Positions 25,190 through 38,457 of a DNA stretch of 64,000 nt are shown one piece after another. Made by a program: the position numbers and the translations under genes. The notes below the pieces were generated by a model. It saw only the letters and a list, made by a program, of their open reading frames with translations, was not told the DNA's origin and ran no database searches. Every line of letters starts with the position of its first letter. Within the stretch, counting starts at the first letter, position 1. The stretch is from contig OZ296655.1 in the NCBI GenBank assembly GCA_965655095.1, positions 81,344,001 to 81,408,000 on the forward strand. The letters are read 5' to 3'. The stretch comes from Haplodiscus bocki. Lineage: Eukaryota.

Positions 25190-28100
25190 AGCTTTACAAT
25201 TTCAAAAAAAGTAAAATTTTGCCCCTCTGGACACACCGGCGCCATTCAGCGTGTCGTGTCTGGAATTGAACATCGCCGCATTCTCGCAGCCAACCCCTCC
25301 GTTTAGTTCAATAAGTTTCCAGCAGACTACAGCATTCAGACTGCAAACGGTAACATTATACCAGTCCGTAAAAAGGAACTCTTCGTTTTCTTCGGGCAAG
25401 ACAAATTTTAAGGAAACTTTCATGGTAATACCAACGATGGGCAACATACCCATTGGAATATCAATATTTGGAAAATACTCAGCTACGCTAGATTTAAAAG
25501 ACAAACTAGTCCATTTCGCAGATCTCTGAGTGAAAAATTGATTGAAACATGTCGAGCGCTTGAACTAATAGCCACACAGAATGTAGTTGTATGTCCATTG
25601 CAGAAAGTACTTGTTCCAACAGTAGCAGCCACCCAACTCCAGATCTCAACAGGCGTCGCCGCAGCTTCACCATCTTTTTCGAGAAAATCTGATCTCATCG
25701 TGACACTGACACTAAACTAACTACAAGATGACTGCGCAACAAGCCAAGTGACGGAACCCAGAGCCGATACATTCACCATCAGCCAAAGGGACCATAGTTG
25801 CAAAGTTCAAAATCCTCACGACGGGGCAAGCTGACTACAATCACTTGATGTCACTAGAACAACTTACCCTTGTTTTCTCATACCCAGATGAAGCCACAAA
25901 TGTCATCTACTGGCTGCCTCAACCTCTTAAAGCACCAACATTAGACAAAAGATGGTAACTTTCGCCTCAGACGTGTGAGCACCCCAATCGTGCCAACTCC
26001 ATCACCAAACTCATCTACGAGGAGATTCTCAAATTGCGCGTTATCAAGAAATTGGACCGTACACTGGATGATAACCAACAGAAAGCATTCCTGAACCTTT
26101 CAGTTGCGAAGACTCTCTACTAACGCACGAAGAACACGCTGTGATAGAACAGTTGTTGACAACGTATCAACATATTTTTGCACACCATAGACTTGGTATA
26201 GGAATTAACAACGAGTTCAAGGATTAGTCAACTCCTACTCATAATGAATCAGTCCATGCGCAAAATCCACCAACATCGACGAACCTGAACAAGGATCACC
26301 GATGCCGCGCAACAAATGGTGGCAAACGTAAGTTTGTAAGCTTAATTGATCTCAATCCTATCACTGCCTACAAATGGGAGACGAGCAGTCTATCCAGTTT
26401 TTGTCATTCAACTTCGTTGCTGCGACCTTTGCTTACAGCAGAATCGTTCAGGGCTTGATTAGGTCGTTATCCACTTTTGACAGTGTTGTCCGAGATCACC
26501 ATTACTTGTTAGTGAAAATATATGGATGTGGCTACTACAAAGACAATCTGGACATAGCTGCCCAAACTGCGGAAGAATTACTTACCAACACTGAGTTTGT
26601 TTTCCTGCTCCTTAATATTGCCATTTTCAAACTATCAATGAAAAAATGTACGTCTAGTCAAGGTAAAATTGATTATTCATGTAAGTTGATGAGAAAACGA
26701 GGAAAAAAATTAGTTTTTTTTGGCAACCTCAAATTTCCCGCGTTGGTGAAACCACTGCCATGGTTTACAGGGTTTATTAACTTTTACAGGCAATATTTAT
26801 TTGGAGTAGCCAAACAATTGATACCACTGTATCAATCTGTACAGACGGACATCAAATTTCATTTAGGCCAAGGACATAAAGACGCCATTTTCGACAACAA
26901 CGAGAACCTAGCTAGAGCAGCCAAACTGACCCTACGACTGCCACTGCCTGACCAGTAGGCTATCAGCATATGCGCTGTGAGCCAGCACGCAGAAGGCTAT
27001 GTTGTGCTCAGCGAAAACTGTACAACGGAGAGTGAAGAGCAACCCAAGGCTTACGGACCGGTAGGTTTTGGTTTTAGGAGAGTAACCAGGGGACAGATGC
27101 CACTCACTATCGATGCGAAGAAACTTCTAGCCTTGCTTTTTGCCTTCAACGAGCTTGGCGACATGTTATGGGGATATAAAGAGTCCGTAATGGCAATGAC
27201 AGATAACGCAGCACTAACTCGATGTTTTCAGACGAAGCAAATCACTCGGAAGTTAGGGAATTTCTCTAGTTCAACTTCAATTTAGCTCATGCATTTAGCA
27301 TCGAAAATCCAAATGATAATTACCTGTCTCGCTTAGATATAGTAGCTACAGATTGGGTACACCTGATGTCGACAGAGTCAATGCCAGTCCACTGCATCGA
27401 GATTGAAATGGCTTCCAAGACGCCTAAAGAAGATGGGGACGAAGATGATTTCAGCACAACTAAAGTGAACTTGCTAGACCATAGGTTGCCTACAGGTCTA
27501 CCTGAGAAGCAAGTTGACGTAATTCTAACGATGGTCACCAGACTTGATGGAGTGTACGATGACGAACTCCGATGCAGACAAGCATTCATCAAACAGCAGC
27601 TCGAACGTCACGAAACTGGCACAGCATCTGACACAGATTACTTCATACAGTTTGTTACGAAGAGTTCGCACTATCTCACGATATTGAACCAAGTTAGCCG
27701 GCACAGGGATTTTACAGTAATCCTCGCTCAACCTAAGGACTTTGACATTCAGAGGTGAACCACATCGTCGACGTCATCCACATCCTCCGCGACGGCAAAC
27801 TCCCGCCTAACCATGTGAACTTGGAAGGCAGTTTTTTCCAAAAACTGCTTGAAACCCATAACAGACTTGAAGTAATCAACAATTTTCTCCACAGAAAGTA
27901 CTTTGATCACACAGGTAAAGTCAAAGGCAAACAAGTTATAGTGTCGGACAAAACAGTTGATGACATAATCAAGACACTGCATGATAACCCCATGCAGGAC
28001 ACCCTGACTAATCAAAAATGCTGCAAGAACTTCAGAAGAAGTTTTTACACCCTCAATAGATCTCCTAAGGTTCAGTGATACGTTGACAACTACCAAATGT

Positions 28101-29620
28101 GTTTTGTGACTAACCCTTGTAGGAATAGATGCATCTGCCTACCTCCAGAGCGAACTTGTGCGATGACATCATGGAGATCGATGTGGTAGGTGAAATGCCA
28201 CGAACTGACCGCTTATGATGTCTTTTCCCGACACTTGTTTCCCTTACCATTTTGTAAACCAGACAGTACATTGGTAGTTCACGTTCTGTTACACATTTTT
28301 TGAGCCACACGCTTACAATCTATTTTTCACGGATGAAGGAATCGCTTTTACCTTACCGGTCAAAACGCAGTTGATGCAAGCATCTGAAAACAAAATCAAC
28401 CGCGCCATTCCGACACATCCGCAAACTATTGTCATGGTCGAGTGGACTCATCAAAACCTGAAGAAGTTTTTGAAAACCAACGTCACCGCTGACACATCTT
28501 ACTGGGACCGATATGTCAAATTAACAATCATGGCTCATAACACCACATACCATTGAATCTTTAATTTGCACTTCGACTGAATTTTTGTATGGATGCGTTC
28601 CACACAACTCGCTAGACATCAGGGTCAGCCACCCAATGGAACCTCGTTGTAACAAAACTGACCTGAAAACATTGGTCGACGACGTCAATTAGAGTTACAA
28701 AGAAATCAATCCAAAAATTCCGAAGTTTTCTCAAAAAACAAGAAGTGTTAGAACGAGAGAGTTCAAATTCAGCCCTTGAAAGTAGGAGATGACACGTTCT
28801 TACTCAGACTCAAGTAAAACACACAATTAGACAAAACACAGTTTAGGACTTTCCTCTGGATTAGCCCAATTGAAGTGATGAAAATTTTCTCTTTCAAACT
28901 TCTTAGTTGGCAAAAGCGCATACTTTTCCGCGGTTTCATTCCATAAGAGAATGTCCCAGATAGTCAATTGAAATAATCACGGCTCTACAGCGATCCCGAA
29001 GTGCTCGACAAGCCGGAACTACTTAACAATTAAAAATTCCAGCTCAAAGTACAATCAGCAGTCGGTACTTGCGACAATGAGGCTTTTGATCACGAAAAAC
29101 CATGTAAAGTCAGAAATCCCCGCGATCCAGAGAAATCTCAGTCACCAGAAGTTGAGAACTCACTCTGATGTCACGGCAGCTATTCCTCATCAGGATTTTT
29201 ACCATGACCCCGTTGTGCAACCCCACCTGGAGTCTAAGTAGTGCGACAACAGGAACTCCGGCCATCAGCAGCTGGACAGATTCACTAGGATGTCCCAATT
29301 CCTGCAGTCACATCACGAGAAGAGTGCCTTTGTAACAGTGACGTAGAAATTGAACCACTTGATTCGATGATTGACTCTCAAACAGCTAATGAACCAATCG
29401 TCAGATAACCAAGCTTTAATGCAATCTACGTCACAACTTGACGCCACGCATTTATCAAATCTACTTAAAGCTCGACCTGTGCAAAGAGCCTGAGCTGCAG
29501 TTTTTGATGATAAGCAAAACTGAAAAACACGAGACCCCCTGTTCAACTGTTTGCAAAACATATTGGTAATGATACCAGGCACCCACGTTACGCGTTGATT
29601 GGTCCTACCAGTCTTCGCAT
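25190..29620 (+). pseudogene. pol: pol of element A: protease, RT (partly deleted), RNase H, integrase
   Basis: LDT(G)A at about 25227 (with an AC duplication); RT remnant FAYSRIVQGL...CGYYKDNLDIAA (YVDD destroyed); RNase H SQHAEGYVV...MTDNAAL; integrase MEIDVVG / TDEG / MVEWTH / HNTTYH. Confidence 0.85.
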
Positions 29621-29679
29621 AAGGAGCATGCCCTCGTCCGTATTTTTCACCTCCATTTATTTTGTAAAATCGACAATCC

Positions 29680-32600
29680 GACTATAGGTTTTTCGAAAAA
29701 CAAAGTGTTTCTACTACATTTTTCGGCTGATAGTCTCCCAAAGAGCACGATATCCAAATCCTGCTAGTATTTTGGGCAGATGATAAACGCTTCAACGTAA
29801 ACGCAACATTAGGCACCTCACACAACACTTATGTCTTCATGCAATCTTTCAATATAACTTTACACACCTTAGGTTAACCCCAAAAATTCATATCCATAAA
29901 ATGCAACTTAGCACGCTTCTTACCCTTCCTTATGCGAATGGTACCGCTTGCATTGTCAGGTTCAGCTAAAACTTTGACTTATCAAAAAAGCAATTCTTGA
30001 ACGGCTACACGCAACCGGAACATGCCAGCGAGTACTCACAATGCCCAAACACACAAAGTCTGTGCTACCACACACTCCACTCTCCCTAAAAGTACATAAC
30101 TTCCCAAACCACATCTACTACCAAAAAAATACCATAATTTAATCGCAAAGAGAAAAACTCAGTTTTTGACACACCGATTCTTCCGCTAGCCTACAACTTA
30201 AATGGCAATTAATTCATCTAAGGGCTCTACAACCTTGGCAACTTCTTCAGAAAACAAACACAGTATAATTAATATTCGTACATAGCTCAGCAACCCACTC
30301 TTCATCACTCACCATACCTATTATCTCTTCCACCACCCAAATTGAACGGTTCTCGAAAAATTTGATATCATGCAAGAAATCATGAAACTATGTCGTTTTT
30401 AACACAAAGTGATGTTGATAAAGCGTTCATATCACTTTTCAGGGAGCAATGAGCTATCCGATACTAACCACTATAAGTCAAAACTAAGGCGTCACTGGAA
30501 GTAGCCAAAAAACAACTTAGTTTTTTGCTAAACCAAACCACAACGACAAACAAAAAAGCTTTTTTTGTCCTTGCCTCAGGATCTCGAACCACCTCAGCTT
30601 AGATTTTTTAAAAACTGAGTCCACAACTCAAAAAAAATCAAGTTAGGCAGCAAAAATTGAATTTCTGTACCAAACAAAAACGACTTCATCTAAAATAGTC
30701 TAATTCTTCTCGCAATGCTTTCTCTTTCAACGTTTCGTCTCTTTTTCTCTGTGTTCTTCCATTTTTATTTTTTCGGTTTGACGCAACCTCAAAACAACTA
30801 ATTTGACTACAGACGTCCGACTAAATTTTGACAAAGTCCTGGATTACAGCCCGAAAACAACACATCAGTTTCACTTTAAGAAAGTTCGCGGGTCTTCAAT
30901 AGCAAAATTCACATATTTCGCATTTTTTTACGTCTGCAAATCAACCAGAACAAGGGAACAACCACTCTTGCCCTAAGCTCCACAACGCCAGCTTCTTCTT
31001 GCAACGACGGCCGCGACGAACGACGAAGAAGTACCAGCAACAACCATGATAGGTGACGCCCATTTCCGTTGTGCAGGCCCACCTTGTACCTCGAAGTTGA
31101 CTCGTCCATGCTAGCTTCAGAATATCCACTCCTCCAGCACGCAAGGTGACAATAATTTCCCATGCAAGAGCTCTTGACTACGTACGTAGACTCAACACAA
31201 TGAACTCACATATTCCGGTTCCTCAAGACGCTTGAGATTCTGCGCCACCTTCACACAACTCGGCACCACCTTGTTTTCAATGACGCGACATCACGGTGGC
31301 CATAAAAGTTTCAGGCACTGTTCACCGCACTTGGAATTTCATTGAAACTCAAAGAAACGATTATAACCTCTTCGGAACCCGCAATATGCCCTCCAACACT
31401 CGCCTCGACGATCACGACTTGCACCATTTTATGCACTAGTTGGAACAACTTCCACCCATCCCAGCCCGATCAGAAGCGATATGAATCAGGGGAAATGAGT
31501 TCCGTCAATTCCTCCCGCTACCAATTCTTCTGCAGCTCAGACAATTCCAAGTACTGAAGACCCAATTTCTCTAGCTCACTATCAAAATCGGGTGCATTGG
31601 AGCCATCGACATCTACTGCTCCATTCAACCAGACATCGCCCTCCCGAATTGGCGCACCACAGCACGAATCACCTTCCTCGATGTCACATGCAACTGCTGT
31701 GCATCCTGTTCATTCTCAGTACAGAACTAACAGCCGAATTCCTCCAAGAACTTGCACTGCGTTGCGGTCTTCAAAGGTAGGTCCTGATCATGCCACTCAC
31801 GTAGCAGTCCACGCACATCCTCCTTGACTGGGACCAAATCACTGCGGTCACAAGCTCCATGAGACATAGTGCAATACCCGAGAACCCGAGACCTCCTACT
31901 TCACAAAAGAGCACTGGTCCAAAGCATTCAATTATAGAGATATGGACAGTTCTCCGCATTTAAAACAGGACACAGCATGTCAACTCATGAAACCAAAGCG
32001 CTCGAAGTTGGTCCCCCACTTCACCCAAAACAACAAGATCCTGCAGCAAATAGGACTAGGACGAGTTCAACACTTCAGTTGTGACACACTTTTTTGATAA
32101 ACCACCCAACAACACTATGCACGTCACCCTGTAACATACTTAATGATCTTGACTATGGGAACCATAAGTGCAAACTGAGCTCGCAAAGTTCTGTCTGCCG
32201 CCAGATCACGCTCAACTATGACTGCATTGGAGCAGATGACATCATTCCCTTTTCTGTTCTCCACGAGTTAAGCCAACAAGTCGTTCCGGTGCTCAACTAT
32301 TTCCGTCAGAAATCCACGCATCTGTCGGAATGGTATTTTAATCGCCAAGAAGGGCTAAAAAAACAACGAACATCAGTTAGCGCGATTCACAAACCTCGGT
32401 AGACCTCAATTTCCGAAACTTTATACCCTCATTGTTCTGAGACTGGCTACCCGAGACATACACTTCAGTACCAACCTTTTGTTTCCATTTCGTAATTCAC
32501 TACAATTTTCAACCAGACCTTCAGAACACACCAAAAATTACTAACCGCATTTAAGCATGGGAAAATTTCCAGCTCTTAGAGAGTTCGGCACGACTGTAGG

Positions 32601-35600
32601 CGAATCCACAAGCAGTCGACCACCCCAGTTGGATCCACCCCAAGGAAGTGGATATAGCTTACCCCAGGGACCCCATTTTCTGCCAATATCTATCAACTCC
32701 AGGCACGCCTACTTTTTCTGAAACAAAACCACAGAAATGGGCCCAGCTTTATGAAAAACAAGCACACGAGGTCCATTGACTGTGTTAGAGCAGGAGTTCC
32801 AATTCGCAAGCGCCTAAGCACCTGATACACGTCCTCCTCCCACGACGTCTTCACTACGGCAGTACCCTTAACAATGTTTTAATCTGTCCGTCATCAATGC
32901 AGCTCTGAAATGTTCGTGTTGCACCCCCGCTGGGCCAAGTGAAGTGCATAGATGACAGGACTCCCAAAACAAACACCCGCACTCTCCAAAACGAGAGGGA
33001 ACTGTCGGTAAAAGATGACACTCTAAAACGGACAATAACACGATTACACGGAACTGACTCAGCCAGGTTATCTTGCACGGCTTCTTTTCATAGAACAAGT
33101 ACCACAAAAAACCCTAACGAAAATCCATTTCTAGATGCCAATCCTCTGTCTTTCTTTTTTTCGTTTCCTGTCTCTTTAACCTTTTTGCTCTTTTCTTTGT
33201 TTTCGTCTACCTTACAGACTAAATTCAGCAAAAAACCACCGCTAACACGAAAAACATGAGTACTTGACACGCCTGCCAATGCAAGGTCCACTCCTGCAAC
33301 TGTTTGACACGGATGAAGTGGACGGTCAAATTCTCCAATTATCGCATCAAAACATGGAAGCCAAGTCCTTTCACCTGCGCGTCAATGAGGTGACAAATCT
33401 AGAATTTGTCAAGCCTGCTCTGCATCGGGTTTTTCGGCCGCTCCGGCAGCTTGCTACAACTCAACCTCCGCGTCTGGCACATCGTTGACGCTCAGCGCAT
33501 AGGCCGAATCCAAATGCACGTTGGCTGACTTGAAGACTTTCGCTCGCTGGCGCTTCCGCTTTGTAGGAGACAATACTTTTCAGTGGTGCATACCCAGCTG
33601 CAGATGGTGCCTCTTCTCCCGCACTTGGAGCCCCTCAGTGTTACAGTGCTCCGGACTGCCGTAAGTCCTCGTCGTCCTATTGAAAGATACATCTTACTGA
33701 TTCTGCAATGAGCAAATTTATCCTTGACACCCTGTCAACAAAGGAACCGCACCAACAACAAAAATCACGCCCGTCATGAAATATTGTGGTTCAAACAATT
33801 GAATTGGTTTCTCTCATACGCACAACCAGAAAGTAACACCTCAAAAGCATACCTATGTCCGTTCTGGAACCTAACACAGTTTTAGCCTCTGAAAAATCAC
33901 ATTTTTGTTTTTCCAGCCGACTAGGTCTCACACAAAACGTCTAAGTAACGTCGTTGAGCAACATATACCACGATCTTACTAGTGTCTTACCAGATGTGGC
34001 TCCTGTCTATTGCCTCGGGAGAAAGAAACAACAGTTGGCTCAGTGATGACAAGCGACCTAACCACAGCTCCTCCGGGAAGTGAAGACTCAACAAAAACAG
34101 GGACATCAGCAATAGACTACCCAGGTATTGGACACTCACACACATCACAGGAGAAAAGAGATAGCATTCTCGGCGCCCTTTGTGACGAAGCAGGGACATG
34201 GGGACAACAGCCACCACAGCAATGGCATACTGGCTGACCCCATCTTGCATAAAACTAGAGTGAAGACGTTCTAATCCAGGTACACTGATACTAGACAGCG
34301 GGAGAGTGCCATCAATGCGAACTCGAACATAAAGAGGACGATCATGGAAATGGAGACTTCCGAGCCGACAGACCTACAGCACAAAAGGGACACCTAATCA
34401 GATCAAACGAGGAGAATACATCCGTTACAAAGCACAAGATTACCAACCAAATGATCCTCGAAGTGTCTGGCGAAGCTCCGAAACAATAGTTTTGTTGATT
34501 CCGCTGATATCCTGAAAATATTGATCCTCTTGGGTTAATTTTTCCAACTGACGAAAATTGCTGTCAGTCAATATTGAATCTAGAAGAGCAGTTACCTTAA
34601 ACAATAAAATAAAACAACCAAACACCTAGAGAGCAAAACCCGTACCCACCTTCGCTGACAGGTCAAAAATTAATACTTACTGTATGGAGGTCTATGTAGC
34701 AACCTAACATTTTCGGGTTCAGCCACGAAGTCATCCTCAGTATCATCAACTTGAGAAGATCGGGGCTAAAAGTGCTCTTTTCTACCGATCTCTGTCGTTG
34801 TCCCGATGAAACGCAATTGGGATGAACATCATTAAAAATCTCATCAACCACCGCGTTAATCAAGGGACTCGACAGATCATTAGGTTCAGATTTAGCTAGA
34901 TGGTCTGAAAAAATGGAAAAGAAAACGTACAACGAAAGGACACAGAGAAAACTCTACGGAAATCCCAAGGACCACGAACAACACACCGCGAGGCTGATCA
35001 ACTCGTACTGTTGCAAATTTGGAAGATGAAGCGTTCCAATTGAATAGCTAATCAGCCATGAATGAAACCAATTCCGCACGTTTTTCTAAGCTGATTTTCA
35101 ATTGAATATTTTTTGAATAGGAATCCAATGAAGTGATTTGAACGAGTTTGAAGATGAGAAATCCACGACGAAAGCAGGACGGCAGAGAAAGTCAAATCAA
35201 AGATGTGGAACAAGCCAGAATCAGTGAGTGAATTCAGTTTGAGCTTATTTGCTTTTGCTGAGGCCAAGTTGTTTGTAACCTTAGTATTTTTTCAGTGATG
35301 AAACAAAGACTGAAAAGAAGGAGAGAAAAAGAAATTCACTTCGCACAAAAAGATGGCGTGGCTATCATCCATGAAATAGGAGGTCCAAGATGCAGGACAG
35401 AAATTTATGTTTTCCCTGGTTCCCGCACTTTCAACTTTACCGCAAAAGAACATCCCCGAAGGATTTTTAAATACCGGACAAGTGGATGTTGTCACCAGGA
35501 GGGCGCCACGAGACCAACTAGACAAACTGATTGAAAAGTCTACTGACGGCCCGAGATGATACTGCTGAAAGTTGCAAGTTAATGTTGCTTGATTGATAAT

Positions 35601-35820
35601 TTAGAACCAAGGTTACCAGCCAATCAAAATACAATCAACTGACAAAAACAAGACCTTATCGCGATGAAATGTGCCCACTGTGCTACACCTGCCATTCTCC
35701 CAATATAGCGAAGAACTAGAACCAATTCCCAAGAAAACCAACGGGGGAACGATTTAGCTGGTGCCAGCAAAGGAAGGAAGCCGTTCCTGGCCGATCAATA
35801 ACATCTGCACAATAGGGTGA
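29680..35820 (+). pseudogene. About 6 kb accessory coding-like region downstream of pol (unknown products)
   Basis: GC-richer coding-like blocks (e.g. ORFs 32094-32402, 33264-33488, 35295-35534) separated by pyrimidine tracts, all inside the LTR pair. Confidence 0.5.
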
Positions 35821-35828
35821 CTCCCTTC

Positions 35829-35846
35829 AAAAAGCGGGAGCAGGAG
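35829..35846 (+). other. Polypurine tract of element A
   Basis: AAAAAGCGGGAGCAGGAG immediately before the TG of the 3' LTR. Confidence 0.75.
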
Positions 35847-37027
35847 TGGTATGCTCTTGCATGATTGGAATATGAACTGCATAAAATGATTATGCGAGTA
35901 CCTTCCGTTATATGTATGAAGCCCTTATACCTTTCACATACGCATTTTATGCAGTTTTATACCCACAACACAATGTGAATGTCTTCATTTACTATTCTTT
36001 TCTTCCAATCGGTTATGAACGTGACTATGCATTACATGTATGAAAAACGACTACAATAAACTCACTGTGTACTATCATACGCTATCATTCCATTGCTTGT
36101 CAAGACACCTGTGAAACGTTACAGTCACATCGTCGAGCACTATGCGTTTGTTGCAATATACTTGAGTTATTTAACGAGTTTTCATTTTCGTGCTGGGAGT
36201 AATTCATCGAACCCTAAACTGAGGTTCATTGCTGAGCGATGTCTGGCGAGCCCTGTTGCTCGTACCATACGGCCATAATTACGAATCAATTTTAGGGCGA
36301 TTTATTGAGCCGCCATATATGCGCTGGAAGCTATCAATTCTTAGGCATTTCCATATCAAACAATTATCGCCACCAAAAACAACAGACTTTGGCGTGAGGC
36401 CAATGAGGTGAAATTTGTATTTGTGGCCATAGTAATAGATTTGAGGCTTGTTTAGCGTTGTCACCTAGCCAATGGCAGTGCAAGATAGTGCAGGCTAGTG
36501 ACCACTTAATATCAATTGACCGCCCAGCACGGAAAACTCGAGTCTTTAGACTCGCAGTAACTATCAAGTGACGAAACAACTCTCTTTGTTTGAATTTCTA
36601 CTCAGCAACCGTTTATCACGAATAACAGATCTCATTATAGTAATAAATTCATCTTGTTAAAATTCTAACCCGATTTTGTAACCTCATCAAAGTAATTCAA
36701 AGATTTAAGCTAGTGCTAACGGTTTGCGAACCGAAGTGAGTACCCCCATTATGAAAAGATTAAACACTAGCAAAACTACTGATGAGAGTCATAGTTTGAG
36801 TGGTCATGAACCAGAGGTTGTCAACAGTGCTACCAGTAGCGTAGGTACCCCCTTTACATTCGAGGAGGTAGCCAGGCAGATCAGAGCAGCTGCTGATCCG
36901 CTAACTAAACAGTTAGAACGACTCAGCTATTTAATGAAGGAGCTCAGTCAAGCCCTTCCGAAACGTAATAAAGAAACCACTGGCTTGGTTCAAGTTCCAT
37001 CAAGGCCCCACAGCAGTAGGTTTAACA
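35847..37027 (+). repeat. 3' LTR of element A (1181 bp)
   Basis: TG...AACA followed by TSD ATCGG; contains ORF 36724-37038, paralogous to 23295-23591. Confidence 0.88.
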
Positions 37028-37032
37028 ATCGG

Positions 37033-37810
37033 AACTGAATTTTTCTGGTCCATACTGAAATTTACTACAGATCACCATTGTCTCTTGCAAGTCTGTTAAC
37101 GTTCATGAAGATGTCTAAGAGCCACTTAACATCTATAAAACTCACTGATCGTCTCTCAGGGTCTCTGAATAGAACTTTTTCCGGTAGTTCTTCATAATTT
37201 CGTGGATTGTTTCCAGGTACGTCAATTGCGGAACGAAACTCCGATTCACCGTCCAATTGCCTCAAAGAAGCGATGAACAAAATTGTAGATTTTACTTGCA
37301 TCACTCACCTAAGATACAGCAAAAACTTGATTTTTTGGGTTTTTTAGTCAACGCAAGTAACAAACCTGGCATGGGTCATTTTTTCAAAAACAATTCCCGT
37401 TTACTGGGATCAGTTTTCAAGAAAATTTCTGAAAATTTGAGGTTTTGCTGTCATTTTTCACACTATTGAGGAAATTCAGATTTTCTTCAATACCAGGAAA
37501 GCCATTTTAGTGACCACTTCATGCATTCTCATCCTCTCTGACTGCGTTATCATGATCTGATCTCCATGAGCTAACATCAGAGTTGATTCAGAGTAAATCA
37601 CCACTGAACCAGCACTGTTCAGCGCTGAAAGGCAAATGTTTCAGAGCTCAGAAAACCAGCGCTAAACAGCGCTGATTCAGAATTGATTCTCTCTGAAACA
37701 ACGCTTTTGAGCGCTGATCAGCGTTGAATTTTTTATTTTTGAAAAGTGCTGCTTTAGAGAATATCGGACGTGATTAACTATGAAGTAGCGCTGATATCCG
37801 TCGCCGGTCA
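37033..37810. mobile_element. Right part of the CAGCGCTG-type MITE split by element A
   Basis: Dense CAGCGCTG/TCAGAG repeats at 37570-37800; the right terminus is decayed. Confidence 0.5.
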
Positions 37811-38457
37811 AGTATTTGCTTTCAAAGTGATTTTCAGTGCTTTTTTACATGTCCCTTACGGGCCTGAAACTCTTCATTAGGGTTCAATCCAGTCCCTCAT
37901 GTCGTGCTCGCCGCTTCAATTTTTTTAGTTGCTTATTGTGTTGGAATGTCTTGGTGAGAGACCTCCCCATTGCTAGCCGAGCCTATTTAATGGCCTTTTT
38001 ATTATTGAGAATGCTCCACGATTGTTGAGAATGAGTTACTAAACTTTCTGCAATCCTAGTGTCGAGTTTTTGTGTTAATTGGTCCTTCCTGTGTAATAAG
38101 CCTTCTCTAGTCGAAAAAACATTGAAATTTTCCATGTTGGATCGATGCATGCAGGCGAAATTATTGAAAAAAAACCTGGAAAATTCAGAGAGCATGCATT
38201 TAAAGTTTTTACATAACATCCATCCAATTTTTCATGCCTAAATTTTGTCTGCTGCTGTGATGACTTTCAAGTTTTTTCAAAGAATTTCATAAAATTAAGC
38301 AAGGTTTTGTAGTTTGCTTTCAAAAAATTGGCAGACGAAAAATAAATGAAGTTTTGCAAGTTTTCAGAAGCAGCCTAATTAATTTTACAAGTGACAGACA
38401 AACTTACAAATTAGTTGCGCATTACAATAGAAATAACAAAGATTAGGTTTATATCTA

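Larger units (their letters stand above)
21517..37027 (+). mobile_element. Full-length degenerate Ty3/Gypsy LTR retrotransposon (element A)
   Basis: TG...CA ends, perfect 5-bp TSD ATCGG (21512-21516 and 37028-37032), two roughly 1.2 kb LTRs, PPT, and gag-PR-RT-RH-INT order. Confidence 0.92.
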
